This document shows positions 1 through 9,606 of a stretch of DNA of 64,000 nucleotides, piece by piece (position 1 is the first letter of the stretch; each line of letters starts with the position of its first letter). Under the pieces are notes generated by a model. The model did no database searches. It was not told the DNA's origin and worked only from the letters and a program-made list of their open reading frames with translations. Source of the stretch: an uncultured Rudaea sp. (GTDB taxonomy: Bacteria > Pseudomonadota > Gammaproteobacteria > Xanthomonadales > Rhodanobacteraceae). Made by a program: the position numbers and the translations under genes. The DNA lies in assembly GCA_964657965.1 (NCBI GenBank), contig CAZZWP010000003.1, positions 8,451-72,450 of the forward strand, given 5' to 3'.

Positions 1-168
1 CGGAGAGTTCGCTGCGCAGCGTTTCGAACGCTGCGGCAAGCGGACCGCGAGAGGTTGTATCAGGCATATCCATGCAGTTTTCGATGAGGTAGTTAATGAT
101 CGCACGGACTAAACGTCCGCGCGGCTTTATGACCACGAACGGCGCGGAAGGTTTCTTCGCAACGAGCG

Positions 169-1341
169 TCAGGCGTGAATTTTGGCAAACGCGTCGTCAA
201 CGCTTTCCGGTTTGCCTATCAAATAGCCTTGCGCGTACTCGCAGCCAAGTGCCTTTAGTTGGGCCAGCTGTTTTTCCGTTTCGACGCCTTCGGCAACAAT
301 GTCGCAACCCAGCGCATCGGCCATGTTGACGACCGCACTGACGATCGCCATGCAGCGCGGATCGTCGAGTTGCCGGATGAATCCTTGATCGAGTTTCAGC
401 GTGTCAAAGGCGAGTTTGTGCAGATGACCCAGACTCGAGTAGCCGGTACCGAAATCGTCGAGCGCCACTTTGATTCCGACGCGATGACTATGCGCGATCA
501 ACAGGACGACTTTCGCGTAGTCGAGAATCAGGCTTTCGGTGATTTCGAGTTTGAGATGCGCCGGTGAGACGTTATGTACGCGGAGTTGCGCGTGCACACG
601 CGCGACAAAATTCGCGTCTTCGAGCTGTCGTCCGGACACGTTCAACGCGATGAATGGCTGCTCGTCGTCGGGCAGATCGGAAAATCGCTGCAACGCGCGG
701 CAAACTTCGCGCAGCACATATTCTCCGATCGGAACGATAAGCGACGTTTCTTCCGCGAGCGCGATGAAATCCGCCGGCGAGACGACGCCGCGTTCGGGGT
801 GTGTCCAACGCGTCAACGCTTCGAATCCAGCGATGCTATTTTTGCCGATATTCAGAATCGGCTGCAGACGTATTTCGAGTTCTTCGCGATCGAGCGCATC
901 GCGCAATTGACTCTCGAGACGAATTTTGTCCATCACTTGCGGCGATTCGTTGCCGCTAGCCGGCGCAACGTTCGACGCTGTCGGCGCATGGCCGGTGAAC
1001 GTCGCAAGCGCCGTGCGATACCTCGATAGCTGGCTTAGCATCAACGAGCGCACCACAGGATCCGCCGCGGTAAGACGCTCGGCAAATTGCGCGCGATCGA
1101 TCGGAGTGAGTTGGCAATCTTCGAGCGCCGTCGCCGTTGCGCTGCGCGGGGAATCATCCAGCACCGCCATTTCTCCGACGAGCGCGCCGGTCGTCAAGTC
1201 GCCCAGAATGACGGGCGATCCATCCCGCTTTGCCGTTATTCGCAGTATCCCCGATTCGATCAGAAAAGCGGTCGTCGGAGCATCGCCCTCGTGAAAGAGA
1301 TGTTCGCCGGAGCGCAGCTCGATGCGGTTCGAAGAAGCCAT
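169..1341 (-). CDS. Cyclic-nucleotide-binding (CAP-like) domain fused to an EAL c-di-GMP phosphodiesterase domain
   Basis: 390-aa ORF. The N-terminal ~120 aa look like a cNMP-binding beta-barrel (LFHEGD, GALVGEMAVLD, PRSATATA). The C-terminal half has the full EAL motif set (FEALTRW, ALNVS, EITES, DDFGTGYSSL, KLDQGF, EGVET, QGY). Confidence 0.85.
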   Translation of the reverse strand: MASSNRIELRSGEHLFHEGDAPTTAFLIESGILRITAKRDGSPVILGDLTTGALVGEMAVLDDSPRSATATALEDCQLTPIDRAQFAERLTAADPVVRSLMLSQLSRYRTALATFTGHAPTASNVAPASGNESPQVMDKIRLESQLRDALDREELEIRLQPILNIGKNSIAGFEALTRWTHPERGVVSPADFIALAEETSLIVPIGEYVLREVCRALQRFSDLPDDEQPFIALNVSGRQLEDANFVARVHAQLRVHNVSPAHLKLEITESLILDYAKVVLLIAHSHRVGIKVALDDFGTGYSSLGHLHKLAFDTLKLDQGFIRQLDDPRCMAIVSAVVNMADALGCDIVAEGVETEKQLAQLKALGCEYAQGYLIGKPESVDDAFAKIHA

Positions 1342-1394
1342 CGCTGCATCATCTCCGATGCTGCGGAAGGCGGCAACTTGCTCGATTTGTCAGG

Positions 1395-1428
1395 TAAAAA
1401 AAAGGCCGCATTGCTGCGGCCTTTCTTG
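1395..1428 (-). terminator. Rho-independent terminator after the lipoprotein gene (bidirectional shape)
   Basis: GGCCGCA/TGCGGCC stem with a 4-nt loop. It is flanked by an A9 run on the + strand (a U-tract on the minus-strand transcript) and by TTTCTT on the other side. It lies about 25 nt past the stop at 1451. Confidence 0.6.
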
Positions 1429-1450
1429 AAACGTTTGAAGTATTACTTCA

Positions 1451-4021
1451 TCACGGGACGGTGAGAGTGCACGACAAAGTAGAACTTGCCGTCGGTACCG
1501 ACAACGTGGCTTGTGTGGGCTGAGATGTACTCGGCACGCAATCTCCCGACCATGTGCCGGCTACCGTTGACGACAGGTTGTATGAGCCGCCGGGAACCGA
1601 CTTCACACACGTCTGCGTGGCGCCGCCGGCAGAACTGCAACCCAGACCGGTCGGATTGCTGGAAACAGCCGTAGCGCTGGGAGCAATGATCTTCATAGTC
1701 ACCGTCGAGTTGCCGGACGTTCCACCCGTGCAGCTTGGAGGAGTCGGCGATATACCGCTCGTGCAGGGATCAGTACCGACCAGATTGACCGTCGCCGTCG
1801 GCGATCCGGACGATGTCGAGAACGTGCAGCTACCCGTGCCGGGCATATTGGGAATGTTCAGATCGGCGACAACCGCAGCAGTCGCTTGACCCGATGCATT
1901 CGTGACCGGAATCGGACCACCGAGACCTGCGTTCGTACAGGTTCCGGTGAGCTGAGCGCCGGGAACCGGTGTGCCATTTCCGTTCAAGAGGGTCAGCGTC
2001 ACCAGTCCACCATCTCCACCCAGCTGCGAAGGTGTGGCAAACAGGACGAGATCGCCGCTAGCAACGATCGGAACGACGGCAGACTGCCCGGCTCCCGAGA
2101 ACGTCAGCGTTGGCGAACCGCTTGAACCAACGCCGGATGTGGTGACTGTGGTCACGACGCAGCCGCTGCTATCCGTCACGTCAGGAACGGTACCGCCGTT
2201 GGCTACACCATCGACTGTTCCGGTTCCGACCAAACCACTGAATGCGAACGTCAGCTGGACGCCTTGAACGGCACTTCCAAGCGCATCGTATACGCACGCT
2301 TCGACTGGCACCGAGATGTTTCCGGGAATCGGATTTGGACTGACGACCAGTTGCGCGTCCGCGACGCCCGGGAATGCGATCACAGCAATATCGGTTATCA
2401 GGCGAGTGCCGCCGGTAACGGCATCGGTACCCGTACCTTGCGCCCATACCGCAGCGATGTGGCCGAGCTTGGACACGGGATAGTTTAGCGTGGTCGTCGC
2501 GCGACCGTTGGCGTTCGTAAACGCGGGCGATGTAATGTTTCCGATTTGCGCGCGACCGACGATATACGGCAGCGTTGGACCACTGTCTTTGCTGGTGCCG
2601 GTTGTATCGTTGAGATTGAATGGTGTCGCAACAGTGAGATGGGTCTGACTCAATACCGACGTCACTCGCGCAGCGCTTTCCAGATCATCGTCTCCTGCCG
2701 GAGCGCCCTCTTCTTCTTTACCGATAACGAGCAGCGTGTCGCCCGGACCCGCACCGCCGCCTGCCGTGAGGAATTGGCCGTCTGTCGCAGTGAAGTTCGT
2801 GCCACCCGGCTGAGGATCTCCATGAACCCCGCTGATGGCGAAGTACCCATCGCTGCCGATCGGGCTATCGATCACGCCGAACTGGATCTGCGTATTCGGC
2901 AACACCGGGTTGCCCTCGCGATCGGTTCCTTGAACCGTCACGGTGAGGCTATACGTTGCGTCGGGATCAGGCGGAATCGTGACTGTCGAACCACCTTGAT
3001 TTACCAACGATGCCGCCGTGGAAACGCGATTGATCAAAATTGACGGCGCATCAAAGCCGTTGAAGGAAAGCGTCAAGCTATCCAATTTTCCGTCGGATAC
3101 CGCGACGGTGGTCGTGGCGCTCACCGGGTTCGAAATACCGTTGTCGACGTTGTTGTCACCGCGATCCGCCGTCGCTTGAACTTGCACCGCACCCTGTTGC
3201 GTGCCGGCCTGCAATGTCACTGACGCGATGCCGTTATGCGACGCGGCATCGACTGTCGTGCCGGTATGCGTGTTGCCGGAGCCATCGACGCCGACCAGCG
3301 TGGCGTCAGTGCCGGCGGGGCCGGTGATCTGGAACTGCACATTGGAAACGCCCGCGGGAGCCGATACCAATGCACCACTTCCGTCGGTGACGGTTGCCGA
3401 AACGACGGTGCTTTGTGGTCCGCCGGAACTTGAAATGTATACGCCACTCGCCGCGGAAACGGTGATCGATGCAGGAACGCCGCTGGAAGCGCCAGCCACG
3501 GTAATATTCAGCTGCGCGCTGATGTTCTGACTGCTGACCGGATCGACGGCGGTGACGATAAGCGTACCGGTTCCAGGTGTTTGGCCGGCATGTATGTAAA
3601 TGGTGCCCGTGCCGGCCGTGACGTCAACCGGTCCGCTTCCAAGCAATGTGTGGAACTGATCGGTACCCGTCGTACCGGTGCTCGTGCTATCCAACGTTGA
3701 CAGCGTCAACGTTCCCGTCGGAGTAACGGCGGCATTCACGGTGCTCGTTCCGGTGACGAAATCGCCGTTCTTATGGCGCCACGTGACGGTTACTTCAGAA
3801 ATGTACGGCGAACCGAGGAAGTTGCCGGGAAACGGCGATGTTTCTTCTGCGCCAACGGTGTAAGGGCTTGCCGGCAGCGTTGTCGTGGTGGCTGTCAATG
3901 TCAACACCGTATCCGTACCGGGCGGCGAGAACACTGAATTGCTACCAGACCCACCGCCGCCGCAACTGGCAAGAGCGAAGGTCGCGAGCAAAAGTAGTAG
4001 GGATTTGCGCATGACACTCAT
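1451..4021 (-). CDS. Large Ig-like (Big-type) repeat lipoprotein, Thr/Gly/Ser/Val-rich, with a Cys-containing C-terminal region
   Basis: The ORF opens at 4048. I prefer the ATG at 4021 (MSVMRKS), which is preceded by GGAG. Signal peptide with lipobox LASC followed by GGGGSG. Repeated beta-sandwich-like segments (VTDGSGALV, ASVTLQAGTQQGAVQVQAT, ITVAG). Same strand as pilQ, 85 nt downstream. Confidence 0.75.
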   Translation of the reverse strand: MSVMRKSLLLLLATFALASCGGGGSGSNSVFSPPGTDTVLTLTATTTTLPASPYTVGAEETSPFPGNFLGSPYISEVTVTWRHKNGDFVTGTSTVNAAVTPTGTLTLSTLDSTSTGTTGTDQFHTLLGSGPVDVTAGTGTIYIHAGQTPGTGTLIVTAVDPVSSQNISAQLNITVAGASSGVPASITVSAASGVYISSSGGPQSTVVSATVTDGSGALVSAPAGVSNVQFQITGPAGTDATLVGVDGSGNTHTGTTVDAASHNGIASVTLQAGTQQGAVQVQATADRGDNNVDNGISNPVSATTTVAVSDGKLDSLTLSFNGFDAPSILINRVSTAASLVNQGGSTVTIPPDPDATYSLTVTVQGTDREGNPVLPNTQIQFGVIDSPIGSDGYFAISGVHGDPQPGGTNFTATDGQFLTAGGGAGPGDTLLVIGKEEEGAPAGDDDLESAARVTSVLSQTHLTVATPFNLNDTTGTSKDSGPTLPYIVGRAQIGNITSPAFTNANGRATTTLNYPVSKLGHIAAVWAQGTGTDAVTGGTRLITDIAVIAFPGVADAQLVVSPNPIPGNISVPVEACVYDALGSAVQGVQLTFAFSGLVGTGTVDGVANGGTVPDVTDSSGCVVTTVTTSGVGSSGSPTLTFSGAGQSAVVPIVASGDLVLFATPSQLGGDGGLVTLTLLNGNGTPVPGAQLTGTCTNAGLGGPIPVTNASGQATAAVVADLNIPNMPGTGSCTFSTSSGSPTATVNLVGTDPCTSGISPTPPSCTGGTSGNSTVTMKIIAPSATAVSSNPTGLGCSSAGGATQTCVKSVPGGSYNLSSTVAGTWSGDCVPSTSQPTQATLSVPTASSTLSCTLTVP

Positions 4022-4106
4022 ATCGAATCTCCGAGCTCGCGATTTCATTTATTCGTCTCTCCAGCAACTATCATCGCTGCCGATCGTGAAAAGCATGTTG
4101 CACTGA

Positions 4107-6356
4107 TTATTTAAGACTCTCATTCAAGATGCGCGGAGTAACGAAAATAAGTAGCTCCGCTTTCTGAGTTTGATCGTTCGTGTTTCGGAACAGCATACCG
4201 ATGCCTGGTATATCGCCCAAGAACGGCACTTTGGTGATGTCGGTCGACTTATCGAATTCGTAAACGCCGCCAAGCACTACTGTCTGCCCGTTATCGACTA
4301 GCACCGAGGTGTTGATCTCGCGCTTATCGAGCTGGGGAACAAAACCGCCGCCGGGGTTCGGAACGAGTGAATTGATCGCGTCTTTCTTGACGTCGAGCGT
4401 GAGGAACACGCGATTGTCGGCCGTGATGGTCGGCGTGACTTTCAGTTCCAAGACCGCTTCCTTAAATTGGACCGTCGCCGTTGCGGCCCCGCTGCCGCCA
4501 CCGGTGAATGCCACATAGCCGATTTCTTGACCTTGCTTGATGTCGGCTTCCTGCTCGTTGGCGGTGATGACGCGCGGACTGGAGATCAGTTCACTACGCC
4601 CTTCGGTTTGCGCCGCGGATAGTTCCAGATCGAGCAAATAATCGGCGCCAAGAATAGACAGTCCAAAACTTCCGGCAGGTGTGCTGGCAGGAAGGTTGAC
4701 GTTGAGGCGGTTCGCAAGACTCGGCACTAGAACTCCAGAGCCGACGGCACCCGCAGCGCTCGATGACAAACTCGTGCTGCCGGCATTGTTGAACCGGTTG
4801 AGCAGCGCGGCATTCGTCATCTGATCCGTGCCGTTCAACGTCCCGCTTGTTGATACCAGTGTATTGTTCTGTTGATAGCCGCCGCTGATGCCGAATCGAG
4901 CGCCGAGTTGGCGAGCGAAATTGTCGGTGGCTACGACGACTCGCGATTCGATCAGTACCTGTTTGACAGGCTTATCGAGTCTGGCAACGAGATCGCGAAT
5001 GACTTCCACTTGCTCCGGTGTGTCGACGACGAGCAGAGTGTTTGTGCGATCGTCAGAACTGACGCGGCCACGTGACGATAGAAATCCACTTTGTTGATTG
5101 GCGCCGGAGGCACCGCCACCGGTCGCCTGCTTCGATTTCTGCGTCAACAGATCGGCGATTTCTTTTGCCTTGCCGTAGCTAATCGGGATGTAGACGGTGA
5201 TCGTATGCGCGACTTCCTGAAGTTTCATTCTAGATTCGGCAACTGCCTGCTCGCGATCGGCGATTTCCTTTTGCGGGGCCACCCAGATCACGTTGCCGTT
5301 TCTGCGTTTGTCGAGACCTTTCGCCTGGAGAACGATGTCGAGTGCTTGATCCCAGGGAACATTGATCAGCCGTAACGTCACGTTACCGCCGACGGAATCG
5401 GCCACCACGATATTCAAATCGGAAACATCGGCGATTAGCTGTAGCACCGAGCGCGTCGGAATATCTTGGAAGTTGAAGGTCACCCGATTGCCGCTGTATA
5501 CAGGGGGGGCATTCGGATCCGCTTTCTTTTCTTCTTGCTTGGGCGAAATCTCGACGATGTATTGGTTGCCGGCCTGGTAGGCCAGCTGATCGAATGTTCC
5601 GCTGGCGCTGATGTCCATGTGGGCACCATTGCCTTTACCGCGCGTTTCGACGAACTGCACGGGCGTCGCGAAATCCATCACGTCCAATCGCTGTGCCAGC
5701 TGTGGCGGCAGACGTACGTTGTACATATCGACACTTAGCTTGTCGCCGCTTCTTTGCAGATCGGCTCCTGCGCCTTCACCGCTGAACGTGACAATGATGC
5801 GTCCCTCGCCATGCGAGCCGCGACGGAAGTCGATGTTCGAAACTTCTAGGCCTGGTGCCGCAAGCGTTTTTGTTTGATCCGTCGCGGCGACGGCTGTCGT
5901 CGTGGCTGAGCCGGACATGCCATTGTTGACGGTCAATACGAGGTTGTTGCCCTCAGTTTTCGTCTGATAGGTCGCCGCATGGAAAAGGTCGACCACAACG
6001 CGCGTTCGCCCGGCGGCTTCCACCGCGCTGACGGCGCTCGTTGCACCCGTGCCTACTTCGATGCGACGCTGAGTCAAGCCGTTGCGCGTGCCTGCCATAT
6101 CAATGGCGATTCGCGCCGGATTCTCCGTCGTGAATATCTGGGGTTCGCCCACCGGCCCAGCGAATTGCATCGTGATTTGAACCTGGCCTCCCGAGAGCGG
6201 AGCGTATGTAATATTCTGCAGAATGTTGTCTGCGAACGCGGTCGTCGCAAACAAACTTCCGGCCAGCAGCAGGAGCCACGCAAAACCACTGCGGAATTTT
6301 CTCTCCACAGTAGCTCTGGACGTACGTCCCAGGATGTCAGCAACTATTGTCATCAT
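4107..6356 (-). CDS. pilQ: Type IV pilus secretin PilQ
   Basis: 749 aa. N-terminal signal/TM and two AMIN-like repeats (ITYAPLSGGQVQITMQF, IDFRRGSHGEGRIIVTF). C-terminal secretin core (VLIESRVVVATDNFARQLG, VPFLGDIPGIGMLFR). It occupies the usual position after pilMNOP. Confidence 0.95.
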   Translation of the reverse strand: MMTIVADILGRTSRATVERKFRSGFAWLLLLAGSLFATTAFADNILQNITYAPLSGGQVQITMQFAGPVGEPQIFTTENPARIAIDMAGTRNGLTQRRIEVGTGATSAVSAVEAAGRTRVVVDLFHAATYQTKTEGNNLVLTVNNGMSGSATTTAVAATDQTKTLAAPGLEVSNIDFRRGSHGEGRIIVTFSGEGAGADLQRSGDKLSVDMYNVRLPPQLAQRLDVMDFATPVQFVETRGKGNGAHMDISASGTFDQLAYQAGNQYIVEISPKQEEKKADPNAPPVYSGNRVTFNFQDIPTRSVLQLIADVSDLNIVVADSVGGNVTLRLINVPWDQALDIVLQAKGLDKRRNGNVIWVAPQKEIADREQAVAESRMKLQEVAHTITVYIPISYGKAKEIADLLTQKSKQATGGGASGANQQSGFLSSRGRVSSDDRTNTLLVVDTPEQVEVIRDLVARLDKPVKQVLIESRVVVATDNFARQLGARFGISGGYQQNNTLVSTSGTLNGTDQMTNAALLNRFNNAGSTSLSSSAAGAVGSGVLVPSLANRLNVNLPASTPAGSFGLSILGADYLLDLELSAAQTEGRSELISSPRVITANEQEADIKQGQEIGYVAFTGGGSGAATATVQFKEAVLELKVTPTITADNRVFLTLDVKKDAINSLVPNPGGGFVPQLDKREINTSVLVDNGQTVVLGGVYEFDKSTDITKVPFLGDIPGIGMLFRNTNDQTQKAELLIFVTPRILNESLK

Positions 6357-6380
6357 TTCCAGTTACCCCCAATGGGTCGT

Positions 6381-6932
6381 CTATTTCTCGCCCAGCGCAA
6401 TCTTCGCCGGGTGCTCCATCCAACCGCCGGTTCCATTTGAAACCAGTTCGACTAGGTCAATATGATCTTCGGCAATGGCGGTGACTTTGCCGTTGTTTTG
6501 ACCCAGGTAATTACGCATGTGCACGCGATGCACGACACCTTCCGGGTCTTTCACCAACGCTTCGATGCCCGGTCCGCCACCGATCGTCCCGACCATTTTC
6601 AAACTGTCGAGCGGGTAACTTTCCATCGGCTCTTTCGGGTGTTGGTCGGGCTGCGGCCCGTTGTTCGTCGAGCTGTGTGCTTCTTGACGATCGGCCACGC
6701 TGAGTCCGAACGGATCGCGCACGTCGGGGTCGTTATCTTTATAGGTGTAGTTGAATGTCTCGAACGTCCTCAGGACAGGCAACGGCGGCACCGGAGCGCC
6801 TTTTTTTGCTTTCTCGGCAGCCACCCACCTGTCGAGATCGTCGGTGCCACTGGTGCAACCGGACAGAACAGCTAACGCGCTAAGCAAAATTAAGACTTTC
6901 AAGCCGGAGTACGGAACGAGTTTCATACTCAC
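6381..6932 (-). CDS. pilP: Type IV pilus assembly lipoprotein PilP
   Basis: 183 aa with lipobox LSGC and a PilP-like C-terminal beta domain (LDSLKMVGTIGG...ALVKDPEGVVHRV). 4-nt overlap with the pilO stop. Confidence 0.9.
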   Translation of the reverse strand: MSMKLVPYSGLKVLILLSALAVLSGCTSGTDDLDRWVAAEKAKKGAPVPPLPVLRTFETFNYTYKDNDPDVRDPFGLSVADRQEAHSSTNNGPQPDQHPKEPMESYPLDSLKMVGTIGGGPGIEALVKDPEGVVHRVHMRNYLGQNNGKVTAIAEDHIDLVELVSNGTGGWMEHPAKIALGEK

Positions 6933-7612
6933 GCACCCCCCTGCTTGGCTGGTGCCGGTACCGCTGGTGCGCCTGGTTTTTTTGGCGCCGGTTTAGGGGT
7001 ATCGCCACCCTCGTCGTCCTCTACGTAACGATATGTCCGGACCGTTCCTTCAAGCGTCAACTGACCCGTAGCAGCGGTTTTAGCATCGCTCGGCTTTAAT
7101 GAAACATCGTGCATGGTCAAGATAACGACACGAGGAAGCGCAGCGACGCCACTGATAAAGTTTCCGAACTGATGATAAGTACCCACCATCTTCAGCTGAA
7201 TCGGCTTCTCCGCATAAAACCCTTCTTTCACGGTCTCCGGACCTGGCTTGAATAACTGAGTATCAATACCGGTTGAAAGAGCGGTCTGAGAAACGTCAAC
7301 CAATAGCTCGGGCATTTCTGTCCGACTCGGCAACTGACGCAACAACTGCCGCAGCATGTCACGCATGTCGTCCAACTGTGTGCGTAACTCTTTAAGATTG
7401 ACGACCTTCGCTTGCTTGTCCGAAAAGTCTTTTTTCAGTTGTACTTCGGTTGTTTCTTTACCTCGCAACTCATCTTGGCGATCGGTGATAAAAAAATACC
7501 AGCCTCCAAGCAAAATCAGGAGAAATAAGACAATACAAAATGTGAGCTTGACCCCCTGCGGCCATCCGCCGATGTTGTTTCGGTCAAGATTTCGGAAATC
7601 GGAAAGCTTCAT
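6929..7612 (-). CDS. pilO: Type IV pilus assembly protein PilO
   Basis: 227 aa with a single N-terminal TM, a coiled coil and a PilO-type C-domain. Its position between pilN and pilP fits, with 4-nt overlaps on both sides. Pro/Ala/Lys-rich C-terminal tail. Confidence 0.9.
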   Translation of the reverse strand: MKLSDFRNLDRNNIGGWPQGVKLTFCIVLFLLILLGGWYFFITDRQDELRGKETTEVQLKKDFSDKQAKVVNLKELRTQLDDMRDMLRQLLRQLPSRTEMPELLVDVSQTALSTGIDTQLFKPGPETVKEGFYAEKPIQLKMVGTYHQFGNFISGVAALPRVVILTMHDVSLKPSDAKTAATGQLTLEGTVRTYRYVEDDEGGDTPKPAPKKPGAPAVPAPAKQGGA

Positions 7613-8294
7613 GGTTTGCTCTCCGAAGCCGCGGGTGTCGTCGCAGGTTTGACCGCTGTTCCGTTTGGAGGCGTCGCTTTTGACGGCGTTTTATCCATCA
7701 TATTTTGTGCATTAGCTTTTTCGGTCGCAGCGGCGCGTTCTTTTTCTTTTTCTTCGGGACTGGTCAATTTCACGTTTAGACCGAACTCGAAACGATCGCG
7801 TTTATCGGCCCCTTTAGCGGCGGTCTGCTGAAGATCAGAACGTTTCAGCCACTGCGAGTTGTCGAGATTGCGCATATACGTTGCGACGCTTGCGTTGGAT
7901 TGCGCGACGCCCGTTAAAGTCAGGGTGTCACCGTTCTGCTTCATCGTATTGAGGCGAACGCCATCGGGAATCGTCTTCACGAGTTCGTCGAACAAATGGA
8001 CCATCTGCGAGCGATTTGCCTGCAGTTGTTCGATGATTTGTTTTCGCGCCAATAGCTTTGATTTTGTTTCTTCGAGCTGTTTGATCTCCGTCAGCTGGTC
8101 GTCTAGCTGATGAATCTGACCCTTCATGTAGGCGTTGCGCTGATCCTGATTTTCCAAGCGCGCATTCATCCACCACACCCACACGAATACCGCCAGAATC
8201 GCCACGAACGCAGCAGCGCCCAGCATCAAGTAAAACTCGCGCTCGCGAAGCTTCCGTCGTTCGGTTCGCCAAGGAAGTAGATTGATCTTTGCCA

Positions 8295-8295
<1 letters not shown>
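7609..8295 (-). CDS. pilN: Type IV pilus assembly protein PilN
   Basis: The ORF is open to 8418. However, the conserved PilN N-terminus MAKINLLPWR begins at internal Met42 (ATG at 8295), which overlaps the pilM stop. TM plus coiled coil. Low-complexity Pro/Ala/Thr/Lys tail. Confidence 0.9.
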
Positions 8296-9377
<1,082 letters not shown>

Positions 9378-9606
9378 TTACGAGCGATATATGCGCAACC
9401 ACATTAAATACGAAACTTAACGGATTATCAACAGTATCTTTGAAAATCGCGCAAACCGTTGATTTGCCTCAGTCTTGCCCCTAATTTGCCCGCGTTTCCG
9501 CCCCGAATCCCGATCGGGTGAGCTGCTACACTTACGTCCCCGCGACCTTCATATACCCCGAGACTCCCCTCATCAACCTTGACTGCCATCACAATACCGA
9601 CACGGC

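Noticed and set aside
1-73. Possible 5' end of a minus-strand gene leaving the window on the left (MDMPDTTSRGPLAAAFETLRSELS...).
   Set aside because: Only about 24 codons are visible. The SD is weak, several alternative starts exist and no homology can be judged. This is too little to report as a feature.
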